Origin: Polyangiaceae bacterium
GTDB taxonomy: Bacteria; Myxococcota_A; Polyangia; Polyangiales; Polyangiaceae
Assembly: GCA_044222475.1 (NCBI GenBank)
Contig: JBGANF010000007.1
Location: 32,001 to 96,000, forward strand
Length of the DNA stretch: 64,000 bases
Direction: 5' to 3'
The position numbers and the translations under genes are program-made. The stretch's first letter is position 1. Each line of letters starts with the position of its first letter. A model generated the notes under the pieces. That model was given only the letters and a program-made list of their open reading frames with translations. It had not been told where the DNA came from and did no database searches. Shown here piece after piece: positions 33,844-43,910 of the stretch.

Positions 33844-33922
33844 GGCTCACCCTCCGCCGATCAGGGTAGCCGAGCGAAGCGCTTCGACAAGGTGTGTCGG
33901 TGTACGCCTGCTGCCAGGAGGA

Positions 33923-35827
33923 TCACTTCGCCAGCGCGACCACCGGGGCGCTCCCCTGCGTGACGTCGAAGCGGTGACCGGCGGGCAGCTCGAACGTCTC
34001 CGTCGTGAGCGCCGCGTTGGGCCAGCGGACCGTCACCTTTGCGGTGCACGCCGCGCCGAGCCCGACGTGCACGACGAGGTCGTCCTGCGCGCCGTAGTGA
34101 CCGAACCCGCCGCCGACGTCGCGCACCTGCTTGATGCCGCCGGCCTCGACGGTGACGCGCGCGCCGATCGCCGCGCGGTTCGTGCCTGCCCCGCCGATCA
34201 GGTGCAGCTGCACGAAGTTGCCGCCCATTTGGTTCACGAAGAGGCGCGCCTGCTGCGTCGGGTAGCACTCGGTGTCGCAACGCGCCGGCGAGTGCCCCAC
34301 CACGATGTCGAGGTCGCCGTCGCGATCGAAATCGGCGATGGCGCTGCCATGGCTGCGGTGGTGGTCGATCCCGTCGGCGATCGACACGGCCTCGAAGGAG
34401 CGCGGCGCCTTCTGGTGGTAGAGCAGCCCGTGCGTGCCGGGGTAGTCGCTGTTGCCCCAGTAGATGTCGGCCCAGCCGTCGTTGTCGAAGTCGAAGATGC
34501 TCCCGCTCATGATGCCTTCGTCCCACGGCAACGGACCACGATCGCGCGCGAGGCCGGTCGCGTCGTTGCCCGGGCGATCGAACGAGAGCGGCGTCTTGCC
34601 GGTGTTGAAGAGCACCTCGGCCTCGTCCGACGACGAGCCGACGTCCCAGTGCTTGATCTCGGTGGTGACGAGATCGAGCTTCCCGTCGTTGTCGAGGTCG
34701 CCGCAGATCGCCGCACCGCTGTTGCCGCCGAGGCGCCACGGCTCGCGATCGGTCTGGTGGTTCCAGCGAAACGCGTCGCTCGCGACCGTGCACTTGATGT
34801 TCGCCGGGGGCGGCACGCCGGTGCAGTCGGTGTCGCTCGGGTTGAGCGTGCACCAGCAGCGCGCGGACTCGTTGTCGGTCCAGTCTTGCTTCTTGTCGTA
34901 CGCGTAGCCGCTCTCGACCGAGACGTTGGCGAACGGCTGCCCCGCCGCCGGAGCGCGAAACATGAGGTTCGGCGCGCGACCGTACGAACCGAGGAGCAGC
35001 TCGGGCGTGCCGTCGCCGTCGAGATCGCAGGCAGCGGCCGACCACGAGTTGGCGTGGCCGAGGCCCTGGTTCAGCTCGTCGACCGATGCGCTGCCCCAGC
35101 TCTTGGTCTTCAGGCCGAGGGCGTTGGTGACGTCGGTGAAGTTGCCCGCGCCGTCCCCTTGGAAGAGGCGGCTCTGCTGAGCCGTGCTCACCGACGCGGC
35201 GCCGATCCAAAGGTCCAGGTTACCGTCGCGATCGTAGTCGACGAACGATGCACCTCCGACCGCGAGCCCGACCACGCGGAACGGGTTCGACGCCGGGCCG
35301 AGCGAGAACGTCCCATCGCCGTTGTTCAGCATGAGCTCGCTCGTCTCGGTCTCGTTGGCGATCGGCGAAGTGCCGGTGAACACGTCGAGGTCACCGTCGT
35401 TGTCGACGTCGCCGAAGGCGACCACCTCGCCGGGCCGCCCCTTGGTGGCGTTCCCGTCGCGCCGCTGTTGCACGCCGGACGACTGGGTCACGTCCTCGAA
35501 GTGACCCTTCACGTTTCGCATGAGGAAGCTGATGCGCTTGCCGCCAGCGGCGAAGTCGTCGGCCGCGCCGCCGAGGCGCACGAAGAGGTCGGTCCAGCCG
35601 TCGCCGTCGAAGTCCACCGCCGAAGCGCGGTAGCCGACCGCACCGGTCAACCCGACGTCGGCGGTGCCTTCGACGAACGTCTTCGTGCCGGGGGTCCACT
35701 TCGAAGCCGTCACGCATTTGGGTTGGACGCCGGCATCCGGGGAGTCGCCCCCGCCGGAGCACGCCGAGCCGAGCGCGGCGGGTACGAGGGCGAGAGCGAG
35801 CAGCGGAAGGAAGGCGAGGCGACGCAT
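33923..35827 (-). CDS. CRTAC1-like FG-GAP repeat / ASPIC-UnbV lipoprotein
   Basis: Repeated D-x-D-x-D-G-x-x-D motifs; C-terminal NRAAIGARV...HVGLG...VRWP; lipobox GSAC. Confidence 0.9.
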   Translation of the reverse strand: MRRLAFLPLLALALVPAALGSACSGGGDSPDAGVQPKCVTASKWTPGTKTFVEGTADVGLTGAVGYRASAVDFDGDGWTDLFVRLGGAADDFAAGGKRISFLMRNVKGHFEDVTQSSGVQQRRDGNATKGRPGEVVAFGDVDNDGDLDVFTGTSPIANETETSELMLNNGDGTFSLGPASNPFRVVGLAVGGASFVDYDRDGNLDLWIGAASVSTAQQSRLFQGDGAGNFTDVTNALGLKTKSWGSASVDELNQGLGHANSWSAAACDLDGDGTPELLLGSYGRAPNLMFRAPAAGQPFANVSVESGYAYDKKQDWTDNESARCWCTLNPSDTDCTGVPPPANIKCTVASDAFRWNHQTDREPWRLGGNSGAAICGDLDNDGKLDLVTTEIKHWDVGSSSDEAEVLFNTGKTPLSFDRPGNDATGLARDRGPLPWDEGIMSGSIFDFDNDGWADIYWGNSDYPGTHGLLYHQKAPRSFEAVSIADGIDHHRSHGSAIADFDRDGDLDIVVGHSPARCDTECYPTQQARLFVNQMGGNFVQLHLIGGAGTNRAAIGARVTVEAGGIKQVRDVGGGFGHYGAQDDLVVHVGLGAACTAKVTVRWPNAALTTETFELPAGHRFDVTQGSAPVVALAK

Positions 35828-35851
35828 GGCTCGATTCTAGCGCACGCCGCG

Positions 35852-36298
35852 CTAGAACGTGCGGAACACCGCCACCGACGTGCCGAGCGCCGCGGCGACG
35901 AGGGCGAGGAGAAACGCCCCACTGTACGCGCGGTGCGCCGCGCGGCTCACGAGCTCCCGCGACGCGACCGGAAACCGCGGCGCCGCGAGGTGCGCGACGC
36001 ACCCCGCGCACGCGAGCGAAATCGCGAACACGGCGAGGTGCTCCTTCCGCTCGAAGCACCAGCCGAGCGTGGGCGCATCGAGGAAGATTTGCTGCTTCAG
36101 ACGCACGCGGTACTCCGGGTAGATCCACCCGCCGAGCACGCCGGTGACGACCGGCAACGCGGTCGCGAGCGACACCGCGAGCGGGGCGCGCCGACCCGGT
36201 CGTCGCAGCACGATCACCGGGTGGAGGAGTACGACGACCGTGAGCCACCCGAGGTGGCCGTGGACATGCTCGAGTACGCGCAGCGCCGTCGGCGTCAT
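35852..36298 (-). CDS. His-rich four-helix membrane protein
   Basis: Four hydrophobic segments; HVHGHLG, IYPEYR and FERKEHLA motifs. Confidence 0.65.
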   Translation of the reverse strand: MTPTALRVLEHVHGHLGWLTVVVLLHPVIVLRRPGRRAPLAVSLATALPVVTGVLGGWIYPEYRVRLKQQIFLDAPTLGWCFERKEHLAVFAISLACAGCVAHLAAPRFPVASRELVSRAAHRAYSGAFLLALVAAALGTSVAVFRTF

Positions 36299-36621
36299 GG
36301 GAGCAACACCGCTTGCGCGCCAGCGAACGCGGCGACGAAGGGCACCGCGCGGACGAGCGCACGCGTCACCTGCGCCTCACGCGTTCGTGCGAGCCACCCG
36401 ACGAGGAGCGCCACGGCGCCGCCGACGTACGCCGCGATCGTGGCGCGCCAGAACATCGCGATCCTACCGCCGTAGGCGTACATCACGGTGGCGGGGTTCG
36501 CCTCCGAGCCGAACAGCACGTCGTAGCCGCGAAGCACCGCGTACGTCGCGGTCACGGCGAGGAAGAACGCGAGCGCCCCGAGCGCGCATCGCACCACCCA
36601 CGTCGACTCACCGGTAGGCAC
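36295..36621 (-). CDS. Small membrane protein (start uncertain)
   Basis: Three hydrophobic segments; ATGA overlap with the downstream gene. Confidence 0.6.
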   Translation of the reverse strand: MPTGESTWVVRCALGALAFFLAVTATYAVLRGYDVLFGSEANPATVMYAYGGRIAMFWRATIAAYVGGAVALLVGWLARTREAQVTRALVRAVPFVAAFAGAQAVLLP

Positions 36622-36645
36622 GTCGACGTGGGTAGCACACTACGA

Positions 36646-39180
36646 TCAGTTCGGACCGCTGTTGCCGCCGCACTGGTTGGCGATGCCGCCACCACCGCAG
36701 CTCTGCGGCGGTGCGCAGGTGCCGCACTGGAGGAGGCCGCCGCAGCCGTCGGCCACCGGACCGCAGTTCGCACCCGCCTGCTGGCAGGTCTGCGGGGTGC
36801 ACACCGGAGGCGGGCACGGACCGCAGTCGAGGAGCGCGCCGCAACCGTCGGCCGCAGGACCGCAGCTCACGTTCTGCTGCTGGCAGGTCTTCGGCGTGCA
36901 GCTCGCGTTGCCGCACTGGTTCTGGTTGCCGCCGCCGCCGCAGTTCTGGTTGTTCTGGCAGGTGCCGCAGTTGAGCGTGCCGCCGCAGCCGTCGGGGACG
37001 AGGCCGCAGTTCGCGTTGAGCTGCTGGCAGGTCTTCGGCGTGCAGCTCGGGCCCTTGCACGTGCTCGGGATACCGGAGCACGTCTGACCGTTCTGGCAGA
37101 CGCCGCACTGGATCACGTTGCCGCAGCCGTCACCGGCCGGGCCGCACGTCTGACCGAGCTGCTGGCACGTCTTGGAGACGCAGCTCGGCGGCGGGGGCGG
37201 CGGCGGGACGCACGACGCGAGGTCGAACAGCATGAACGCGAGGACCTTCTCTTGAGGGGTCATCGCGGTGTTGCTGCACTCGTTCGGGAAGTTCACGTTG
37301 TTCGACGCCGAGCCGGTCGTGACGTGGAAGTCGCTGTACAGCACGCGACCGCACTGCTGCGTGTTGTTGTACGGCGTGTTGAACGTGTAGTGGAGCAGTG
37401 CCGCCTGGGGAACGTTGTTGTACGTGCGCAGCCACCCGAGCGGCGCGGCGCCGTTCGCCGGGTTGCCGAGCGGATCGTTCACGTCGTGGCGCGGCTCGGC
37501 GACGGTGATTCGCGGCGGGTTGTTCGCCGCGAGCGCGCCGACCGCCGGCACGGCCAGCCACTGGCTGAAGATGAGCCCCTTCGGGAAGCTCGTGTCGACG
37601 ACCGCGGTCGCCGTGTTCCAGCTCGCGGTGTCCGCCGCCCAAGCCGCGGTCGTGTTCCACGGCGCCGTGTTGTAGAGCCACACGTAGCTGAAGTGGGTCG
37701 CATAGACGCGGCCGCCCTTGTTCGCGAACGCGATGACTCGGTTCTGATCGGCGGCTGCCTTGTTCACCCGGCTGCCGACGCACGCGAAGAGCGCGATGTC
37801 GTACTTGTCGAGCTCGGTCTGGTTGCCGTAGAGCGTCGACGCGGCGGGGGTCTGGTTGTTGATGCGCGCTCCATTGTCTTGATAGAAGCGGATGCGCCCG
37901 GTGCCGTTGGGGTTGGTGAACTCCGCGTCGTCGACGCCGAGCTTGCGGATCACGCACTCGAGCGCGTCGACGTCACCGGTCGAGATCGCGGTGAGAGGGA
38001 TGTCGCCTTCCGCCTTGTTCTTCGGGAGGCGCGTCTGTTGCGCAGTGAGCGCCGTAGTCACGCACGCGGGGACGTTCGGGATCGTGATCTGACGGCGCCA
38101 ACGGCCGATCTGGATGACGAGCGGGATGTTGTTGCCGACCGGCACGTTGTCGAGCGTGAACGTTCCATCGAACGCGCTCGTCGTGGTGACGAGCGGGCTA
38201 CCGCTGGCGGTCGCGCACTGCTCGCACGTGACGCCCGGCGTGAACGCCGCAACCGGACCGTTCGGAACGTAGACGACCGCGTTCGGCAGCGGCAACGTTC
38301 CGTTCGGTGCGTACACGGTGCCGGTGAGGCGCGTGCCCGGTCCCGAGTCGCACGTCACTTGCTGCAGGCAGAGCCCTTGGCACGATCCGCCGTCGGGTGC
38401 GCCACCGCACTGGCTGGCGACGCCACCGCCGCCGCAGATGTTGCCGCCGGAGCACGTGCCGCAGTTGAGGAGGTTGCCGCAACCGTCCGCGACGGGGCCG
38501 CAGTTCGCGTTCTGCTGCTGGCACGTGAGCGGGACGCACGACGGGACGCCGCCGCACTGGCTCGCGATGCCGCCGCCGCCGCAGATCTGCGGCGCGTTGC
38601 ACGAGCCACACTGGAGGAGACCGCCGCAGCCGTCCGCGATCGGACCGCACGAGTTCACCGGGCACTGCGCGAGCGGGACGCAGACGCCGCCGTCGGGTCC
38701 GTTGATGCCGCCGCCACCGCACACCGAGCCCTGGCCGCCGCCGCCGCAGATCTTCGGCGCGGTGCACGAGCCGCACTGGATCACGCCGCCACAGCCGTCT
38801 CCGGCGGGGCCGCAGTCGTAGCCCAGCTGCTGGCACGTCTTGGGGACACACGACGGCGGCTTGCCGCCGCCACACTGGCTCGGCTTGCCGCCGCCGCCGC
38901 AGATGTCCGGGGCGGTGCACGAGCCGCACTGGATCACGCCGCCACAGCCGTCTCCGGCGGGTCCGCAGTCGGCGTTGATGTCGGTGCATGTCCGCGGCTT
39001 GCAGGGCCCGGTGATCGCACCGTCACCGAAGCCGATCGAACCGTCGCCGAAGTCGGGGACGTCGACGAGCCCGGAGTCCGAGTTCGGGAAATCGCTCGTT
39101 CCCTCTTCGGTGCCGCACGCCACGGCGACGGCCACACCCACGATCGAAACACCTGCGAGCAATACGCTGCGAAGCTTCAA
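36646..39180 (-). CDS. Cys-rich repeat surface lipoprotein with a carboxypeptidase-regulatory-like domain
   Basis: GGAGGA SD + TTG; lipobox AVAC; 4 N-terminal and 4 C-terminal C.P.TC..CG...DGCG...CG.C...C repeats around a LTGTVYAPNG...DGTFTL core. Confidence 0.85.
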   Translation of the reverse strand: MKLRSVLLAGVSIVGVAVAVACGTEEGTSDFPNSDSGLVDVPDFGDGSIGFGDGAITGPCKPRTCTDINADCGPAGDGCGGVIQCGSCTAPDICGGGGKPSQCGGGKPPSCVPKTCQQLGYDCGPAGDGCGGVIQCGSCTAPKICGGGGQGSVCGGGGINGPDGGVCVPLAQCPVNSCGPIADGCGGLLQCGSCNAPQICGGGGIASQCGGVPSCVPLTCQQQNANCGPVADGCGNLLNCGTCSGGNICGGGGVASQCGGAPDGGSCQGLCLQQVTCDSGPGTRLTGTVYAPNGTLPLPNAVVYVPNGPVAAFTPGVTCEQCATASGSPLVTTTSAFDGTFTLDNVPVGNNIPLVIQIGRWRRQITIPNVPACVTTALTAQQTRLPKNKAEGDIPLTAISTGDVDALECVIRKLGVDDAEFTNPNGTGRIRFYQDNGARINNQTPAASTLYGNQTELDKYDIALFACVGSRVNKAAADQNRVIAFANKGGRVYATHFSYVWLYNTAPWNTTAAWAADTASWNTATAVVDTSFPKGLIFSQWLAVPAVGALAANNPPRITVAEPRHDVNDPLGNPANGAAPLGWLRTYNNVPQAALLHYTFNTPYNNTQQCGRVLYSDFHVTTGSASNNVNFPNECSNTAMTPQEKVLAFMLFDLASCVPPPPPPPSCVSKTCQQLGQTCGPAGDGCGNVIQCGVCQNGQTCSGIPSTCKGPSCTPKTCQQLNANCGLVPDGCGGTLNCGTCQNNQNCGGGGNQNQCGNASCTPKTCQQQNVSCGPAADGCGALLDCGPCPPPVCTPQTCQQAGANCGPVADGCGGLLQCGTCAPPQSCGGGGIANQCGGNSGPN

Positions 39181-39317
39181 GGCATCCTCCAGTAGCTTGG
39201 TGCTGCGTCCGCCGCTCGAGCGCGCGGATCGCAAAAGACACCACAGTCCAACATCTCACGCCCTATCGCCTCATGGCCAGAGAATCCCGCTCTCGACGGA
39301 AAAATTTAGAGAGACTG

Positions 39318-39366
39318 TCAGGGCGCAAGGATCCGCTCCCCAGGTGCTCAGGGCGCAAGGATCCGC
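39318..39366. repeat. 19-bp direct repeat duplicating the 3' end of the cytochrome c gene
   Basis: TCAGGGCGCAAGGATCCGC at 39318-39336 and 39348-39366. Confidence 0.85.
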
Positions 39367-40187
39367 CCTGGCGCTCCACCCGCCGGCGGTTCGGCGTGGC
39401 AGCCGTTGCATTCGCCGGACATCTGCGCACTTTTCATCACACGGACGCGGGTGCCGGCGAGGATGCGCGCGGTGTACGGCGGCGTGAAGCTCGAGTCCTC
39501 GAGCATGAAGTTGCCGGCCGAGTTCACGCTCGCGGTGAACGTCTTTCCGTTCTTGTCCTTCAGCTCGACCGTGATCGGGTCGCCGCCGCTGCTGCTCGTA
39601 CCCGAGCACGGCGTCGGCTCACGCAGCGTCGAATAGACGGTCCCCGCGGCTTCGAAGATCGGCCCTTCGCCTTCGTCAGCGTGGCAGTGAATGCAGGCGT
39701 CGCCGGGCAGCATCGTGGGCCCTTCCCGCCGAGACCCGGTGTTCCCCGACGTGCAACGAACGCCTACGCTCGGGCTCGCGCACGAGCCGCCCTGCATTCC
39801 GCCCGTGACCCACGCCTCCACGATGGCGACGTCCGACGCGCTCAGCGCGCCGTAGGGCGGCATCGGGTTCGCAGCGTCCTTCATCCGAAGGACGGAGCGA
39901 TCGCCGATCGTTCCGCCGGTGATCGCGGTGCTCTTCGCGCGAAACGCATCGGCGGTGACCAGCGACATCGGCGCACCGTTCTTCGGAGTCGCGCCGTGGC
40001 AGGACGCGCAGTCGCGCGCGACGATCGCTGCCACGTCGCACGGCAGGTCCGTCGCTCCCATCGCCGGATCCGAGGGCGGGATCGGCTGGAGCGGGGAGCT
40101 ACCGACTCCGTAGCAAGCGATTGCCCCCGCCACCGAGGCGGAGACGACGAGGTGACGAGTGGATGGACGAAACGCCATGTGCTGCAC
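39348..40187 (-). CDS. Triheme c-type cytochrome, probable lipoprotein
   Basis: CASCH, CIHCH and CNGCH heme motifs; MPP ligand motif; AIAC lipobox. Confidence 0.82.
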   Translation of the reverse strand: MQHMAFRPSTRHLVVSASVAGAIACYGVGSSPLQPIPPSDPAMGATDLPCDVAAIVARDCASCHGATPKNGAPMSLVTADAFRAKSTAITGGTIGDRSVLRMKDAANPMPPYGALSASDVAIVEAWVTGGMQGGSCASPSVGVRCTSGNTGSRREGPTMLPGDACIHCHADEGEGPIFEAAGTVYSTLREPTPCSGTSSSGGDPITVELKDKNGKTFTASVNSAGNFMLEDSSFTPPYTARILAGTRVRVMKSAQMSGECNGCHAEPPAGGAPGRILAP

Positions 40188-40219
40188 GGAGGTCGTACCC
40201 GGATCCCTCCGAAATCAGG

Positions 40220-41188
40220 CTAGTTCGCTCCAGGCTTGGGCTTGGGCCGCGGTTTGGTGCTCCGCGCCGGGTTCGGGGGGAGCTTCGCGATCGCCGGACG
40301 AAGCTCCTCGAGCTCTTCGAAGCTCCGCGGCCAGTCGTCGCCCAGCAGCCGGGAAAGGGAGCGATCGGCGAGGAGCTTCCCACCGGTCTGGCACGTGGCG
40401 CAGTAGTTGGTCTCGTTGTCGGCGTAGACGATGCGCTGGACGCGGGCTCCGCACACCGGGCACGGCTTCCCGTATTTCCCGTGCACGGCCATGCCTTCGC
40501 GGAAGGCGGTGACGCGCTCGGGGAACCCAGCCTTCGCTTCGTCGCGCAAGAAGTGCGTCCAGCGCTCGAGCACACTGTTGCAGGATGCAAGCAATCGGGA
40601 CCACTCGGCGTCGTCGAGCTGCTTGGTCTGCTTCAGCGGAGAGAGTTTCGCGTGGTGGAGGATCTCGTCCGAGTACCCGTTGCCGATGCCGTCGAGGATC
40701 GTCGGGTCCGTCAACGCGCGCTTCAGCGTGTGGTTGGTGCGAGTCATCGCGGCGCGAAACTGGGCGAGCGTCGCCTTGGCGACGTCGAGCCCGCCGCGAT
40801 CGAACTGCGCGAGCTCGGACTCGCCGCGCACGACGTGGATCGACGCGCGCTTCTTCGAGCTCGCCTCCGTGAGGATCAGCGTGCCCTTCTCGAAGTCGAA
40901 CGCGGCGAGCCCCAGCTTCCCCGGAATCGGCTTTCCTTTCGCCTCCCAACGAAAGCGACCCGACACCATCAAGTGGATCACGAGGTAGAGCTCGGACTCG
41001 AAGCCGAAGACCAACCGCTTGCCCATCCGCCGCGTCGCGACGAGCTTCTTTCCTTCGAGCTCGCGCGGCGACGGCGTCACCGTCCGCAGCACGAACGGGC
41101 TCGCGAGGCGAACCTTCTCGAGCTTCGTGCCGAGCGTGCGCTCGGCGATCGACTCGATGTAGACGACGACGTCGGGGAGCTCGGGCAC
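40220..41188 (-). CDS. Fpg/Nei-family DNA glycosylase
   Basis: N-terminal PELPDV, GKRL, HLM, GIGNGYSDEIL and C-terminal CPVC...CATCQ zinc finger. Confidence 0.93.
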   Translation of the reverse strand: MPELPDVVVYIESIAERTLGTKLEKVRLASPFVLRTVTPSPRELEGKKLVATRRMGKRLVFGFESELYLVIHLMVSGRFRWEAKGKPIPGKLGLAAFDFEKGTLILTEASSKKRASIHVVRGESELAQFDRGGLDVAKATLAQFRAAMTRTNHTLKRALTDPTILDGIGNGYSDEILHHAKLSPLKQTKQLDDAEWSRLLASCNSVLERWTHFLRDEAKAGFPERVTAFREGMAVHGKYGKPCPVCGARVQRIVYADNETNYCATCQTGGKLLADRSLSRLLGDDWPRSFEELEELRPAIAKLPPNPARSTKPRPKPKPGAN

Positions 41189-41211
41189 GGCCGCGAGCTT
41201 ACCTCAGTCGA

Positions 41212-43035
41212 TCAGCGGACGGCCCACGTCCCGTGCATGCTCTCGATGCGCGCGAGCAGCAGCTCTCGTTGCAGCTTCAGCGCCTTGGGCATGCGATCGC
41301 CCAGCGAGTCGAAGAGCTCCTTCTGCGACTCGAGCTCGGCGCGCCACTCGTCGAGATCGATCGCGGTCGCCTGGTCGACCTTCTCGGACGGCACGGACAG
41401 CCCCGACAAGTCGAGGTCACCCGCCTTGGGCACCCAGCCGAACGGCGTCTCCTGGCCGCCGACGCGCAGGCGCGCGCGATCGACGATCCACTTGAGCACG
41501 CGCATGTTCTCGCCGAACCCGGGCCAGAGGAACTTGCCGTCTTTGTCCTTCCGGAACCAGTTGACCATGAAGATCTTCGGCGGATAGGCGATCTGCGCCT
41601 GCATCTCGAGCCAGTGCGCGAAGTAGTCGCCCATGTTGTATCCACAGAACGGAAGCATCGCCATCGGGTCGCGGCGCACGACGCCGACCTTGCCGGTCGC
41701 CGCGGCGGTCGTCTCGGAGCCGAGCGTCGCGCCCATGTAGACGCCGTTCGTCCAGTTGAACGCCTGCATGACGAGCGGCACCGTCGTGGCGCGGCGACCG
41801 CCGAAGATGATCGCGCTGATCGGCACGCCCTCGGGATCGTCGGCGAAGCGCGACTTCACCGGGTTGTTGTTCGCCGGCGCGGTGAAGCGCGAGTTCGGGT
41901 GCGCCGCCTTCTCCGTCGAGTCGCGCTTGGTCCACGGCCGACCTTGCCAATCGGTGAGCTCCTCGGGGACCTCGCCGTCCTTGCCTTCCCACCACACGTC
42001 GCCGTCCTTGGTGAGCGCGACGTTCGTGAAGAGCGTGTCCTTGAGGATCGTCTTCATCGCGTTCGGGTTCGAGCTGTAGCTCGTGCCCGGCGCGACGCCG
42101 AAGTAGCCGGCCTCCGGGTTGATCGCGTAGAGCCGCCCGTCGCTGCCGACGCGCATCCACGCGATGTCGTCACCGACGGTCCAGATCTTCCAGCCCTTGA
42201 AGCGAGCGGGCGGGATCATCATCGCGAAGTTCGTCTTGCCGCACGCGCTCGGGAAGGCGGCGGCGACGTACGTCATCTCGCCCTCGGGGCTCTCGACGCC
42301 GAGGATCAGCATGTGCTCTGCGAGCCAGCCTTCCTTCTTGCCGAGGTAGCTGCCGATGCGGAGCGCGAGACACTTCTTGCCGAGCAGCACGTTGCCGCCG
42401 TACCCGGAGCCGACGCTCCAGATCGTGTTGTCCTGCGGGAAGTGACAGATGAAGCGGCGCTCCGGGTTGAGGTCCAGCATCGAGTGGAAGCCGCGGTTCC
42501 AGTCGTTGCTCTCGTTGCCGAGCATCTTCAGGGCGCAGTCGCCCATGCGCGTCATGATGCGCATGTTGAGGACCACGTAGACGCTGTCGGTGATCTCGAC
42601 GCCGACCTTCGCCATCGGCGAGCCGAGCGGCCCCATGACGTACGGGATGACGTACATCGTGCGGCCCTTCATCGCGCCGTCGAACAGCTTGCCGAGCTTC
42701 TCGTAGGCGTCCTTCGGGGACATCCAGTTGTTCGTCGGCCCCGCTTCGTCCTTGGTCTTGGTGCAGATGAAGGTGAGGTTCTCCACCCGCGCCACGTCGT
42801 TCGGGTTGGAGCGCGCGAGGTAGCAGCCCGGGAGCTTCTCCTGGTTCAGCGGCAGGAGCGTCCCGTCGGAGAGCGCGAGCTCGGTGAGGCGCGCGCGCTC
42901 CTCCTCGGTCCCGTCGCAGAGGACGACCTTCTCGGGCTTCGCGAGCGCGGCGCACTCGGCGACCCACTTCGCGACGTGGGGGTTCTTGATGGTGGTCGGT
43001 TTGCCGGCGGAATCGAGGACTTGGACACTGGCCAT
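41212..43035 (-). CDS. pckG: Phosphoenolpyruvate carboxykinase (GTP)
   Basis: [39 protein letters not shown] and DPMAMLPF motifs. Confidence 0.97.
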   Translation of the reverse strand: MASVQVLDSAGKPTTIKNPHVAKWVAECAALAKPEKVVLCDGTEEERARLTELALSDGTLLPLNQEKLPGCYLARSNPNDVARVENLTFICTKTKDEAGPTNNWMSPKDAYEKLGKLFDGAMKGRTMYVIPYVMGPLGSPMAKVGVEITDSVYVVLNMRIMTRMGDCALKMLGNESNDWNRGFHSMLDLNPERRFICHFPQDNTIWSVGSGYGGNVLLGKKCLALRIGSYLGKKEGWLAEHMLILGVESPEGEMTYVAAAFPSACGKTNFAMMIPPARFKGWKIWTVGDDIAWMRVGSDGRLYAINPEAGYFGVAPGTSYSSNPNAMKTILKDTLFTNVALTKDGDVWWEGKDGEVPEELTDWQGRPWTKRDSTEKAAHPNSRFTAPANNNPVKSRFADDPEGVPISAIIFGGRRATTVPLVMQAFNWTNGVYMGATLGSETTAAATGKVGVVRRDPMAMLPFCGYNMGDYFAHWLEMQAQIAYPPKIFMVNWFRKDKDGKFLWPGFGENMRVLKWIVDRARLRVGGQETPFGWVPKAGDLDLSGLSVPSEKVDQATAIDLDEWRAELESQKELFDSLGDRMPKALKLQRELLLARIESMHGTWAVR

Positions 43036-43157
43036 GGGGAACGCGTTTGTAGCGCAATTCGGGCAAAAATAGAACGCAGGGGGAACCTTTCCCACATGTC
43101 GGGCGTCTCAGTTTTTGCATGGCGAACGCCACTGGTTCGTCCATCATTGGAGGACGG

Positions 43158-43910
43158 ATGCGCACTGCCCTGGTCCATGGCCTTCGCTACCGCGGTTTTT
43201 CGGCATGCGCGGTGCTCGCGCTCGCGCTGGCGCCGTGCGCGTGCTCGTCCGGCACGAGCAAGGCCGCGAGCATGCCGATCGTGGCGGCGTCGCCACCCAA
43301 GGACGATGGTCAGCCCGCGCAGGGATCGACCGGCGGGATCGAGCACGCCGCCGCGCTCGAAGAGCTCCGCGTCGCGCCCGTGTCACCTCGACCCGATCGC
43401 CAGAACGCGATCGCAGTCCCCCTCCCCGACGCCGAGCACTGGATGCGGGTGAAGTTCTGGGGCATCCCGACGCTCGTCGGGTTCCGCTACGGGCAGGGCC
43501 ACCACGCGGTGGTCGGCGGGTACGTGACCCACGTGCCCGACAACAGCATCCCCGGCGTGTGCGCGAAGAGCTTCGAGAAGTGGGCGATGCCTCTCATCGA
43601 GGCGTACGACGTCGACATCAAGCACGACCCTGCGCAAGCCTTCGCGTGGCACCGAACGCCCGACACGACCGACCTCGTCGACGTCGAGTCGCTCTTCGCC
43701 AGCGCGGCGACGCTCATCGAGCAGAGCGAACAAGCGGTCGCCTACGCGACCTACCCCGCATGGAAGGGGGCATGCCTCGTCGTCGGAGTGGGCGTCCCCG
43801 TCCGTGACGGTGACGTCACGCGCGCGAAGGCCGTGCGTGATCGCTTCGTGAAGGACGTTCTTCCGTTCGTCCAGGTCACGAGCGACGAGGAGCCTCCCGA
43901 GCGCTACTGA
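43158..43910 (+). CDS. Hypothetical lipoprotein
   Basis: GGAGG SD; lipobox-like LAPCAC; typical codon usage. Confidence 0.72.
   Translation: MRTALVHGLRYRGFSACAVLALALAPCACSSGTSKAASMPIVAASPPKDDGQPAQGSTGGIEHAAALEELRVAPVSPRPDRQNAIAVPLPDAEHWMRVKFWGIPTLVGFRYGQGHHAVVGGYVTHVPDNSIPGVCAKSFEKWAMPLIEAYDVDIKHDPAQAFAWHRTPDTTDLVDVESLFASAATLIEQSEQAVAYATYPAWKGACLVVGVGVPVRDGDVTRAKAVRDRFVKDVLPFVQVTSDEEPPERY

Noticed and set aside
43115..43131. Possible sigma-54 promoter for pckG (TGGCGTTCGCCATGCA on the minus strand)
   Set aside because: Spacing is right but there are several mismatches to consensus; likely by chance in GC-rich DNA.
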